Shown here in pieces: positions 49,790 through 58,641 of a stretch of 64,000 nt of DNA (positions are counted from its first letter, which is position 1; each line of letters begins with the position of its first letter). This DNA comes from Gemmatales bacterium. GTDB taxonomy: Bacteria > Planctomycetota > Planctomycetia > Gemmatales > HRBIN36. Where the stretch lies: positions 104,484 through 168,483 of the forward strand of contig JBEPZY010000008.1 of assembly GCA_041640595.1 (NCBI GenBank). The letters are read 5' to 3'. The notes under the pieces were generated by a model, which ran no database searches, was not told where the DNA came from, and was given only the letters and a program-made list of their open reading frames with translations. A program made the translations under genes and the position numbers.

Positions 49790-50323
49790 ATGTTCGAACT
49801 TCCGTTCCTGGTCAGTTGGGTCTGGCTCTCGAATTCTATCGAGAGCGGGTGGTGGATTTCTCAACTCGGCCATTCGCAGTATCCCATCCGAGTTGCTGCT
49901 CATCGCCGGCTAGCCCAGCGTTTAGCCGATTCCGACGGTGTTCTTACCGTACATCTTCTTGAGGAAGCGCTGCAATCTTCGCATCCGGAAGTGATACGGC
50001 GAGCGCGGGATTTACTGGCACAATTTTACTCCCTCGAACCGAGCAACTATGCTGTCATGCCCTGGATCGATCAACTTCCGGAGCACTGGCCTGACCGTAA
50101 GGCTATCGTCGAAACTTACCTTTACCGTGCCCGGCAGCTGCTCGACAACGGTTACTATCAATCCGATTGGCCTGATTACCGGCTCGCTACCTCTTTGTAC
50201 GTTTTCGACCTGTTGCGTCAGGGCATGCCCCGCCAGGCCGTGCTGCAAATGCTCGACACGATGGTCGAGCGAGAAAAAGAATATCGCCGCAGCCGGGGCA
50301 TGAAAGAATTAGTGCGCGAGTAA
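49790..50323 (+). CDS. Hypothetical protein with HEAT-like segment
   Basis: GGAGG RBS and WISQLGHSQYPIRVAAHRRL..SSHPEVIRRARDLL. Confidence 0.7.
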   Translation: MFELPFLVSWVWLSNSIESGWWISQLGHSQYPIRVAAHRRLAQRLADSDGVLTVHLLEEALQSSHPEVIRRARDLLAQFYSLEPSNYAVMPWIDQLPEHWPDRKAIVETYLYRARQLLDNGYYQSDWPDYRLATSLYVFDLLRQGMPRQAVLQMLDTMVEREKEYRRSRGMKELVRE

Positions 50324-50402
50324 CGAAGATTTCCCCGACAGTTCGCCGGTCGTGTGGATTATTGATTACACGCGCCAGCCGTTGCCGTTTTCCAGCGTAG
50401 GC

Positions 50403-51527
50403 CTACTTTTTCGGCTTGCAATAACTAAGCGCCAGCAAAGCGTAAGCGGTCACCAGGTTGGCATCGCCTTCCATCCAGCGATCTGCCGGATTGACCCAGC
50501 TGCCGTCAGGCCGCTGCCGCTTCGCCAGAGCCTCGGTAATGTCTTTCCGCCAGTCGTGTTTCTGTCCCTGGGCATCTTCCACGTAATCCACGCCCAGGGC
50601 ATCCAGGCACTTGGCCATCGTGTGGTAGTAATAGTACAGCCCCAGCTGATCCCGACCGGGCGGAAAGCCAGGGTTGCGCTCCACCGTGTAATTTCGGCGA
50701 ATCCACTCCCAGGCTGCCTGAACGCGCTTGTCGTCTTTGCTGACGCCGGCATAGATCAGACTCTTGACGCCGGCATAAGTCATACTGCCGTAGCTGCGCA
50801 GGTCGTCACCGGCCTTGCTTTCCGGATCGCCGGCGCAGGTGTAAATGAAACCGCCATCGTTGATCTTCCCAGCCCATGGTTGGTCGTTGAATTCGCTTTT
50901 GAGGTTCTGGCAGCGGCTGACGAAAATGATAGCCTTCTGATACGCGGGATCGCTGGACGGCACTCCAGCCGCTTTCAACGCATCAATGAAGAACTGCGTG
51001 TTCGATAGATCGGGCCGGGATTTGCTGTCATAGCCTGCGCCACCGTAGCGGTTATCCTGCCTCAGAATCTCTTCTCCTTCGTCCCACTGCAGCATCTTCA
51101 GGTAGCGAGCTCCGTCCTGGACAATTTTGTTGTACCGGCCATCTTTATTCGCCTCGGCAAATGCCATCACGTTTACCGAGGTAACGTAATTCTTGAGCTG
51201 GTCTCGTGGATTTTCGCCGGCGATATGGCCTTCGCGGGGATTGACCAGCGATTCCAGAAACCGCAACCCGCGAACGATGGTTACGTCGTTATCCGGTAGC
51301 TTTCCCGTTCGCAAAAGCGCGGTCATCACCACGCCGCTGATACCCAAACTTCGCTCCTTGCTCCAGCTGCCATCGGCAGCCTGAGTGCTGCGGAGATAAG
51401 CCACGCCTTTGCTGACCAGTTGATCCCACAGTTTTTCGTCGGGCCCGACCGCTCGGCTAACGTGCGAGAGCCCGAGCAGTAATATCGCTAGCCCAGCAGC
51501 GATCCACCCGAACATCTGCTTCCGCAT
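50403..51527 (-). CDS. Secreted prenyltransferase/squalene-cyclase (QW) repeat protein
   Basis: Signal peptide, TQAADGSW, PDLSNTQF, DGGFIY, SYGSMTYAG, QRPDGSW. AAGGAG RBS before ATG 51527. Confidence 0.88.
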   Translation of the reverse strand: MRKQMFGWIAAGLAILLLGLSHVSRAVGPDEKLWDQLVSKGVAYLRSTQAADGSWSKERSLGISGVVMTALLRTGKLPDNDVTIVRGLRFLESLVNPREGHIAGENPRDQLKNYVTSVNVMAFAEANKDGRYNKIVQDGARYLKMLQWDEGEEILRQDNRYGGAGYDSKSRPDLSNTQFFIDALKAAGVPSSDPAYQKAIIFVSRCQNLKSEFNDQPWAGKINDGGFIYTCAGDPESKAGDDLRSYGSMTYAGVKSLIYAGVSKDDKRVQAAWEWIRRNYTVERNPGFPPGRDQLGLYYYYHTMAKCLDALGVDYVEDAQGQKHDWRKDITEALAKRQRPDGSWVNPADRWMEGDANLVTAYALLALSYCKPKK

Positions 51528-51706
51528 CGCCTCTCTCCTTTTTGTCGTTATTGTCCAGCCACCGCAGCGCATCTTCATTCTACACAAAACCTTGACGAGG
51601 CCACGCCCGGTTTCTAACTACCGCTTTAGACACCATGAAATTTCCAGCCTGGGTGCCCCACCTAACCTGGTCGAGTCCCGCCACCGAACGAAATAGGAGT
51701 AGTCCA

Positions 51707-53602
51707 ATGCACCGCCTCGCCTTTTCCTGGCTCCTGGTCGTGTCCATGCCGTTCACCGTTTTCGCTGGCAATTCCAACAGCCTCCTGGACGTTAGTCCGG
51801 ACGGGAAAAACCTGTTAGTGGCCAACACGGATAGCGGCACTGTAAGCCTTGTGGATCTGGCAACCAGGCAGTTGCTCGCGGAAATCCCTGTTGGAGAAAA
51901 ACCGGAGGGAGTTACCTGGATCGATACTGGCCCACTTGCAGCAGCAACCGTGAACTGGACGGATGAGGTTGTCTTCATTGACACCGCCCAGCGTCAGGTG
52001 ATTGACCGAATCAAGGTCGCCAATGAACCTTATGGTATTGTCTCCAGCAAAGATGGCCGCAAACTCTGGGTCACCCACGATTACTGGGGTACGGTCAGCG
52101 AAATAGACACGTCCACACGCAAGGTTATTCGTGAAATCCCCGTGGTGCGATTCATCCGCGGTGTTGCCATTTCCCCCGACGAAAAACGACTCTATGTCAC
52201 GGGCTCTTACAATGCTGACCTGTACGTAATTGACCTAAGCACCGGCCAGATATGCGACCATTTTCCCGGGCATGAGCAGTATAACCTCGCCCGTAATGTC
52301 GTCCTTCACCCCCACCGACCGAAAGCCTATATCCCCCACATTCGCACACGCACCCACATTGCCGACAGCGCTGGTTCTATCTTTCCGGAGCTTAGCATAG
52401 TTCACCTCGACCGGCCTAAGCAGGCAAAGCGCCGCACGGTGATTGCTATGGATACGTTCAACAACCTGGCCGTCCCTACCAATCCCTGGGAATGCGCACT
52501 TTCGCCCGATGGCAGGACCTTTTACGTTGTTTATGCGGGAACTGACGACATGAATCTGTGCAATGTACTCGATGACGACTATCAGGAGATTGAACGACGT
52601 GGCAATACCAGTCTAATTCCAGTCGGCACGCATCCCCGAGCGGTGCGTGTTAGTCCCGATGGCAAGGAAGTATATATCTATAACACCCTTGATTTTCAGG
52701 TAGGCGTTTACGACGCTAACAATATGCGGCCTTTAGCGCGGATTACAGTAACTAAGCCACCGAAAAGTCCGGAATGGGTTCGCGGGAAAATCCTTTTCAA
52801 TACCGCCAAACCACCGATGACCAGCCGACGCTGGATCGCTTGTGCTTCCTGTCATCCGGACGGTCACCATGACGGCCGGGTCTGGCAAAATCCAGAAGGG
52901 CTGAGACGTACACCCCAGCTTTTCGGTCTCGCTCACACGCACCCGCTCCACTGGTCTGCCGATCGCGACGAGGTTCAAGATTTCGAGTACACCATTCGCG
53001 GCCGCCTGATGTTAGGTCGCGGATTATTACCCGGACCTATCAAGCCGAAAATAGGATTCGAACCGGTCGAGCTGGACGAAAAACTTGCCGGTCGCTCGCC
53101 AGACCTCGATGCCCTGGCTGTTTATACCAACTCGTTTGAGTTCCGCCTCAGTCCTTACATTCCAGCGCCCGGTAAGCTAAGCCCGGCTGCCGAACGGGGA
53201 AAAGCAATCTTTTTTAGAGCTGATACCGCTTGTGCTACCTGCCATCGCGGTCCTTATTACACCGATAGCTCCCTCAAACGGCCATTCCTGGTTCATGATG
53301 TCGGCACGGGTGAGGACGATCCCACGGAAAAAATGGGGCCGAAATACGATACCCCCACTTTACTCGGTATCTATCGCAACACCTCTTATTTACATCATGG
53401 CAAGGCGAAGAATCTTTACGAGGTGCTAACCACCTATAATCGCCACGATAAGCATGGCAAAACCAGTCACCTTAGCAAGCAGGAATTGGACGATTTAGTC
53501 GCCTTTCTAATGTCCCTGCCTTATGAAATCCCGCCCGACCAGACCGAAAACACCGTCCCTTACCGTTTTCGATCAGGAGCGAGAAGCTCGCCTAATAAAT
53601 GA
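51707..53602 (+). CDS. YVTN beta-propeller fused to a di-heme c-type cytochrome domain
   Basis: Repeated SPDG..LYV units, heme motifs CASCH and CATCH, YDTPTLLG..YLHHG, and an AGGAG RBS. Confidence 0.88.
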   Translation: MHRLAFSWLLVVSMPFTVFAGNSNSLLDVSPDGKNLLVANTDSGTVSLVDLATRQLLAEIPVGEKPEGVTWIDTGPLAAATVNWTDEVVFIDTAQRQVIDRIKVANEPYGIVSSKDGRKLWVTHDYWGTVSEIDTSTRKVIREIPVVRFIRGVAISPDEKRLYVTGSYNADLYVIDLSTGQICDHFPGHEQYNLARNVVLHPHRPKAYIPHIRTRTHIADSAGSIFPELSIVHLDRPKQAKRRTVIAMDTFNNLAVPTNPWECALSPDGRTFYVVYAGTDDMNLCNVLDDDYQEIERRGNTSLIPVGTHPRAVRVSPDGKEVYIYNTLDFQVGVYDANNMRPLARITVTKPPKSPEWVRGKILFNTAKPPMTSRRWIACASCHPDGHHDGRVWQNPEGLRRTPQLFGLAHTHPLHWSADRDEVQDFEYTIRGRLMLGRGLLPGPIKPKIGFEPVELDEKLAGRSPDLDALAVYTNSFEFRLSPYIPAPGKLSPAAERGKAIFFRADTACATCHRGPYYTDSSLKRPFLVHDVGTGEDDPTEKMGPKYDTPTLLGIYRNTSYLHHGKAKNLYEVLTTYNRHDKHGKTSHLSKQELDDLVAFLMSLPYEIPPDQTENTVPYRFRSGARSSPNK

Positions 53603-53604
53603 CG

Positions 53605-55425
53605 CTATTTCGCTTGAAGCTGCCGTACATACAGCCTCTTGATCGCCGCAATTTCTTGCCGTCTTTGCTCGATGCTTTGCAGCACATTGGATAGCTGCTC
53701 CAATATTTGCTTCAGGGCATTCACTTCGTTATTGCGATCGCTTTCTATGCGGCTTAATTGACTCCCGTAGATTTGCCAGAGCGCTGAGGATGCTCCGCGA
53801 CGCAAGCCTTGAATTACATGACTTGTAAACTCTCGCCAGTCGTGTGGCGACAGACGATATGCCAGGAAATAACTGAGGACTTCTACTAAAAACCACGGTA
53901 CCAGGAAATAAAGAACGTCACCGAAACCTGGATTGTATGGAGCGGCGGCGAAAAACATTCTGTACAAAAGCACGCTAAGTCCCAAAAATCCCGCAAGCCA
54001 GCTTAAACGCCCCGGCATCCACTTTACCGCTCGATGCAACCAGCTGCGCCAGCCGTGCCCTTGCCAGACCCCTTGATGTGCATGTCTTAGTGCTTCCCGG
54101 AGTTGTTCCTTCCAGAAACCGTTCCAGTCTCCGGGACTAATCTGTCGCAGCGATTCTTCTAAAAAACTCGCCGGCAACCCGTGATTGGCCGCCTGCTCCA
54201 GCAACTGATTAGTCAGGTGCTCTCCCCAATGGCGCAGGTAGCTATCACCCAGACTCGGCAGTAAGTCGCACACTAAGTCCGTTAAATGCGTGGTAAGATA
54301 GGAAGGAATACTCGAGTCTGGCGCGGGCGCTGCCCGAGATACTCTCCAACCACGCCACCACTTGACTATACTGGATAACCAGCCAGGGATTTGCTTCGTC
54401 GCTTGCTCCCGAAGGTAATCGTCCAACCGTTTGTGCTGCTGGTAAAAATAAGATTCGCACCGTTCAATAAACTGCTGAACGGCTCTTTCCAGAACGGCTT
54501 TCCAAGCATGTTCGAGGGACGGAAGATTTATTGATGTTAGTCCCCGCAGAAGTTGCTCTAAATGCTCCGCGCACTTTCGCAATGTTTCCACTAAGTTTTT
54601 TTCCCGGATCGCTAAAAGTTCCTTTTCACCCAGTTCGGCTTCTAACCACTGGCGTAATTCCTGAAATTGATCGCCTGGTGGTGGGACAGCAGTTGTCAAC
54701 TTTTCAGAGCTTGTCCAATACCGGGCGCTGGTGCGAAAGAGTAACGGGTGTTCGTATCCTTCCCGCTCTAAGTCGCGCAGCCAGTCTAAATCCGGCCTCT
54801 CTCCGGTTTGTTCCCTTCCGACGCATTCATCCCAGCGATTCAGTACGAAGGCAAATGCTTTGCGCCCGCTGAACTCGCGAAACAATTCCCAGCCAATGCG
54901 GTCATGATATTTCTCCGACGAACCAATATAGAGGACTATGTCTGCATAAGGCAAAATACTTCGCAGCCGCCGATAATTTTCGGTTTCTCTGCTATCCAGG
55001 TCGGGGGCGTCCACGATCACCTTATTGTGCAGTATATCCTGATCATGCCGGACAGCTTGCTCTAATAACTGGGCGGGTAAAATATCGCCTGGCAGGCTTG
55101 TGTGGATATAAGCAAGTACCTGCCGGGTAGTTGGTCGCAACAGGCCTGTTCTGGCGATAGGCTGCCCGGCCAGGGCATTTAGCAATGTAGATTTGCCCAC
55201 ACCAGTGCCTCCCATCAGCACAATCACAACGTACACCTTCCCCGCTTTGAGTCTCTGAACCTCATGCTTCAAGAGCCCAAGAAGTTGCTGGAGCTGTTGT
55301 AACAGGGTGGGATCGAAGGGCCATTTATGTTCCGCACTAATCCACTGCTCTAACTTTTCCGCCACTAATTCCAGTTCTCTTGCCAGGCGTGAGGAAAAGC
55401 TGTGTTCCAGGACACTGGACGACAT
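53605..55425 (-). CDS. Dynamin-like / Era-like GTPase with C-terminal TM hairpin
   Basis: G1 GGTGVGKS, G2 RPTT, G3-like DAPD, G4 NRWD, long helical stalk and two TM segments. Confidence 0.82.
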   Translation of the reverse strand: MSSSVLEHSFSSRLARELELVAEKLEQWISAEHKWPFDPTLLQQLQQLLGLLKHEVQRLKAGKVYVVIVLMGGTGVGKSTLLNALAGQPIARTGLLRPTTRQVLAYIHTSLPGDILPAQLLEQAVRHDQDILHNKVIVDAPDLDSRETENYRRLRSILPYADIVLYIGSSEKYHDRIGWELFREFSGRKAFAFVLNRWDECVGREQTGERPDLDWLRDLEREGYEHPLLFRTSARYWTSSEKLTTAVPPPGDQFQELRQWLEAELGEKELLAIREKNLVETLRKCAEHLEQLLRGLTSINLPSLEHAWKAVLERAVQQFIERCESYFYQQHKRLDDYLREQATKQIPGWLSSIVKWWRGWRVSRAAPAPDSSIPSYLTTHLTDLVCDLLPSLGDSYLRHWGEHLTNQLLEQAANHGLPASFLEESLRQISPGDWNGFWKEQLREALRHAHQGVWQGHGWRSWLHRAVKWMPGRLSWLAGFLGLSVLLYRMFFAAAPYNPGFGDVLYFLVPWFLVEVLSYFLAYRLSPHDWREFTSHVIQGLRRGASSALWQIYGSQLSRIESDRNNEVNALKQILEQLSNVLQSIEQRRQEIAAIKRLYVRQLQAK

Positions 55426-55457
55426 GAGTGCAAGACCCCCGGCATATAAAAATCTGT

Positions 55458-57233
55458 TCAGCTGGCCTTGAGATTCTCATAAATGCCCCTGCTAAACTTC
55501 TCCCGCAGAAGGGGCAACTTAGATAAAGTCTGCTCAAGCTCCCACCAGTCCTGAGTCGGCTGGCAAGACCCAAGCTGTCGCCATAATGGATCGAGGAGCG
55601 ACCTTTCTAATATGGCCAGTTGAGCATTCCTCGCTTCAGCCCGACGAGTTTCCACATATTGCTGGCCCAGGTATTCGGTCAATGCCTGGACGAGGGAAGC
55701 TGCTAGCGGCAACCAGACGACGTCCCAGATGTTAAGTCCACCCGTAAGCAAAATCCCGCCGATACTCCCCAGCTCAACGGTAAGCTTAGTTGCCCGCAGT
55801 GTGTTCAAAATAACTGGACTCGCTTGCAGATCGCGATAAATAGCGCAGGCGATGGACTCCACGCAATCACGCCGTGCCTGTTCATAATCGGACAAGAGCT
55901 TCTCGGCGTCATGGCGGATCTGCTGGCGGAATGCTGAAGCTACGCTTAGATGTTCGCTCAGCCTCTTCCAGGCCGGATCTTGTTGGCTACGTTGTTCTGC
56001 TTTGTGCCAGAGGCCTGTCAGAGCCATATCTATCGCCTGCAAGATAACGCTCCGCTCGGACTGCAAAGCGGGACTAGCATTTCCGCTACCGGTCAGGGAC
56101 TGCCAGAGCATTTTTACTCCGCGCCAGGGCAAACGCAGGATATTCAGTGCCGTGCTTAGATAACTACCTATACCGGGCACTTCTAACAATTCCAGCAAGC
56201 GCACCATTGCTTCGTCAAAGATAGGTAAACGTTCCTGCTCAAGGAATTCGCGGCGATAGCGGTTAAGCACGAGGTTACGCTGATCGGAAAGGCATTGCCG
56301 CCACTCGACGAGGTTCCGAAGAAGTGGCGAGGCCAGTTGTGACCAGTGCGATTCACATTGTTGCAGGTATTCTAAACCTCGAGTGATGATCTGGCGCCGC
56401 GTGTCCAGTCCCCGCGACACTAAGTCATGAATATGTCCCAGCAATTGCTGACGAACATCGGCCATAGATAGCGGATCGTGTAACTCAGCCAGTGATTTTT
56501 CAGGAACGATTATGCAGGGTATTGTCCCGGACCGGGGAAGATTCTTGAGCACTTCCTCGGAAAAATGACGCCGAATCAGATCGCTTTCAGATTCCGGGAC
56601 CTTGGTAAGGCAGGCGATTACGGGTTTACCGGCAGCCGCTAACATACGCAGATACTCAGAGGGCACGCGGTCATTATAACGCTGAACCGACGCAACATAA
56701 ATAAGGATATCGGCCAGACCTAAGACTTCTAATAATCGAGCGATATAGTTCCCGGCGTGGATGGTGGTCATATCGGGATTGTCCCAGATAACCAGGCTGG
56801 GTGGCAGATCGATTGAACCTTTCACTGAACGCACATCGAATATGTCTTCATCTATGTTTCCGGGCACCGGTTGCAAAACGCAGCGAAGTTGTGGCAAAGC
56901 GTTGGTGACCAGCGAGACGTTTAGACAAAATGCAGTAGGATGGCGTGTGTAGCCGGACTGCGGATTAGCTTCTGCGAGAGGTTGTCCGAGCAAAATGTTG
57001 ACGACCGTACTCTTCCCCGCACCCCCGCCGCCAACCACAGCAACATGCCAGGCGTCGGAAAGATTGCCAGTCCAGTATCGCAGGTAATAATTACGTATAA
57101 GTGCCTGGCTGAACCGGATCTCTTCGAGAACCAAGTGCCGCCCATCGCTCGCTGGCAGAATTCGGGCCAGACAATCAAGACCGGCAACGTATTGCTGCGC
57201 GGCTTCTTTCGGTTCGGGATTTACTATGCTCAT
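55458..57233 (-). CDS. Dynamin-like / Era-like GTPase
   Basis: G1 GGGGAGKS, G2 GYTR, G3-like DNPD, G4-like TKV, helical stalk and hydrophobic GSIGGILLTGGLNIWDVVWLPLAA. Confidence 0.82.
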   Translation of the reverse strand: MSIVNPEPKEAAQQYVAGLDCLARILPASDGRHLVLEEIRFSQALIRNYYLRYWTGNLSDAWHVAVVGGGGAGKSTVVNILLGQPLAEANPQSGYTRHPTAFCLNVSLVTNALPQLRCVLQPVPGNIDEDIFDVRSVKGSIDLPPSLVIWDNPDMTTIHAGNYIARLLEVLGLADILIYVASVQRYNDRVPSEYLRMLAAAGKPVIACLTKVPESESDLIRRHFSEEVLKNLPRSGTIPCIIVPEKSLAELHDPLSMADVRQQLLGHIHDLVSRGLDTRRQIITRGLEYLQQCESHWSQLASPLLRNLVEWRQCLSDQRNLVLNRYRREFLEQERLPIFDEAMVRLLELLEVPGIGSYLSTALNILRLPWRGVKMLWQSLTGSGNASPALQSERSVILQAIDMALTGLWHKAEQRSQQDPAWKRLSEHLSVASAFRQQIRHDAEKLLSDYEQARRDCVESIACAIYRDLQASPVILNTLRATKLTVELGSIGGILLTGGLNIWDVVWLPLAASLVQALTEYLGQQYVETRRAEARNAQLAILERSLLDPLWRQLGSCQPTQDWWELEQTLSKLPLLREKFSRGIYENLKAS

Positions 57234-57396
57234 GGTGAAAGTCGTTCATAACATGTGTGCTCAAGGTCACATGCTAAGCCCTGGAAGTGCGGCCATGCCG
57301 TTACCGTACCTGCTTAGAGGCAATAAATCGGGACTAAATGCCGGGCCTTTTGTTGTACTGCCACCCATGCCATTATACCTTGTTTGCGGACCATAG

Positions 57397-58518
57397 CTAA
57401 ACGGCCAGTCTTTCGACTGCGAACGCCTCGATGGGAACACTTAGTGGTAGGCCGAGGATTAATTCCATAAGCACCTGGGCCGTGCCTGGCGAGAGAGTAA
57501 TCCCTGATCGGAAATGCCCGCTGGCGATATAGAGATTGCGGTAATTAGGAACGCTGCCAATGAATGGACGTCCATCGGGGTTACCTGGACGCAGACCCGC
57601 CCAGCATCGCTCGACCTCAGCGTGGCTCAAGGCGGGAACCCAACGGCAAGCAGTGGCGAGAAGATGAGCTATTGCTTCCGCGGTGGTACGCTTATCATAG
57701 CCTGCATCTTCAACCGTGGAACCAACTAAGATACGCCCATCCGGCCTGGGCACAAGATATTCATCGCCACCCATAATAATATGGCGGAGTATCGGCATCG
57801 AACACCGTAACAGTACAATTTGACCACGCATAGGACGGATACCGAAAGACAGTCCTAAGGATCGCAGGAGACGGTCGGTCCAGGCTCCAGCGCACACGAT
57901 AAACTTATCTGCAACCAACCTTTCTTGGGGAGTCCAGACCCCGACGATCTGTTCACCTTCACGCACTAACTCCACCACGGGATCGTAAGGGCGTAAGTTA
58001 ACTTTATATAACTGGCAGGCGGCCACCAGGGCTCGAATATGCCAGGGATTGCGAACCTGCGCCATCTCAGGAAAATAAACCGCGCCAGGTAAATCCTCAG
58101 CTATGCCAGGTTGGCGCTGGCGAAGCTGCTCGCCATCTAATACTTCGCAAGATGCTCCTTCTCCCTGTTCCTCGCGCAGGAGGTTTTCGATACGCTGTTT
58201 TTCTAAGGCATCCGCAGAACGGCGAAGCTCTAAGCCCCCGCAAACCCAGTAACCATTATGTACACCGGTCTTCTCGAGTAACTCCTGAGATAGCTGTGGA
58301 AACAAACTGGCACTCAGGGCGCGGAGTCTTCCCAGAGCCGAGCGGGCACGCCGGGGATGACCCGGGGAAAGAATCCCCGCACCGGCCCAACTGGACTCCC
58401 GACCAAAGTCTCCGGCGTCGGTTACGGTAACGCTTATACCTTGCCTGGCCAGGAAGTAAGCCGTCGTCAGGCCGATGACACCACCACCTATTATCAGCAC
58501 ATCGCAGGGTTTAGCCAT
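57397..58518 (-). CDS. thiO: Glycine oxidase ThiO
   Basis: IIGGGVIG, SSWAGAGIL, PMRGQ, YLVPRPDGRILVGST, WAGLRP, GHFRSG. Confidence 0.88.
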   Translation of the reverse strand: MAKPCDVLIIGGGVIGLTTAYFLARQGISVTVTDAGDFGRESSWAGAGILSPGHPRRARSALGRLRALSASLFPQLSQELLEKTGVHNGYWVCGGLELRRSADALEKQRIENLLREEQGEGASCEVLDGEQLRQRQPGIAEDLPGAVYFPEMAQVRNPWHIRALVAACQLYKVNLRPYDPVVELVREGEQIVGVWTPQERLVADKFIVCAGAWTDRLLRSLGLSFGIRPMRGQIVLLRCSMPILRHIIMGGDEYLVPRPDGRILVGSTVEDAGYDKRTTAEAIAHLLATACRWVPALSHAEVERCWAGLRPGNPDGRPFIGSVPNYRNLYIASGHFRSGITLSPGTAQVLMELILGLPLSVPIEAFAVERLAV

Positions 58519-58641
58519 ACTGCTGACCTCACACTCAAGCGAGGCTGCTTTATTCGCGGACGACGATCACTGTCGGGGCAAGTTTTTGAAATTTGGCCAC
58601 TGCCTGATCGGGAATTTTGCAGCCCTGGATATAAACCGCCT

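Noticed and set aside
49567..49962. ORF 49567..49962 as a coding explanation for the GGA-rich region
   Set aside because: TTG start, low-complexity G/P/R composition, and an out-of-frame overlap with the better-supported 49790 gene.
58519..58641. TPP riboswitch upstream of thiO
   Set aside because: No CUGAGA or other THI-box core is visible on the minus strand.
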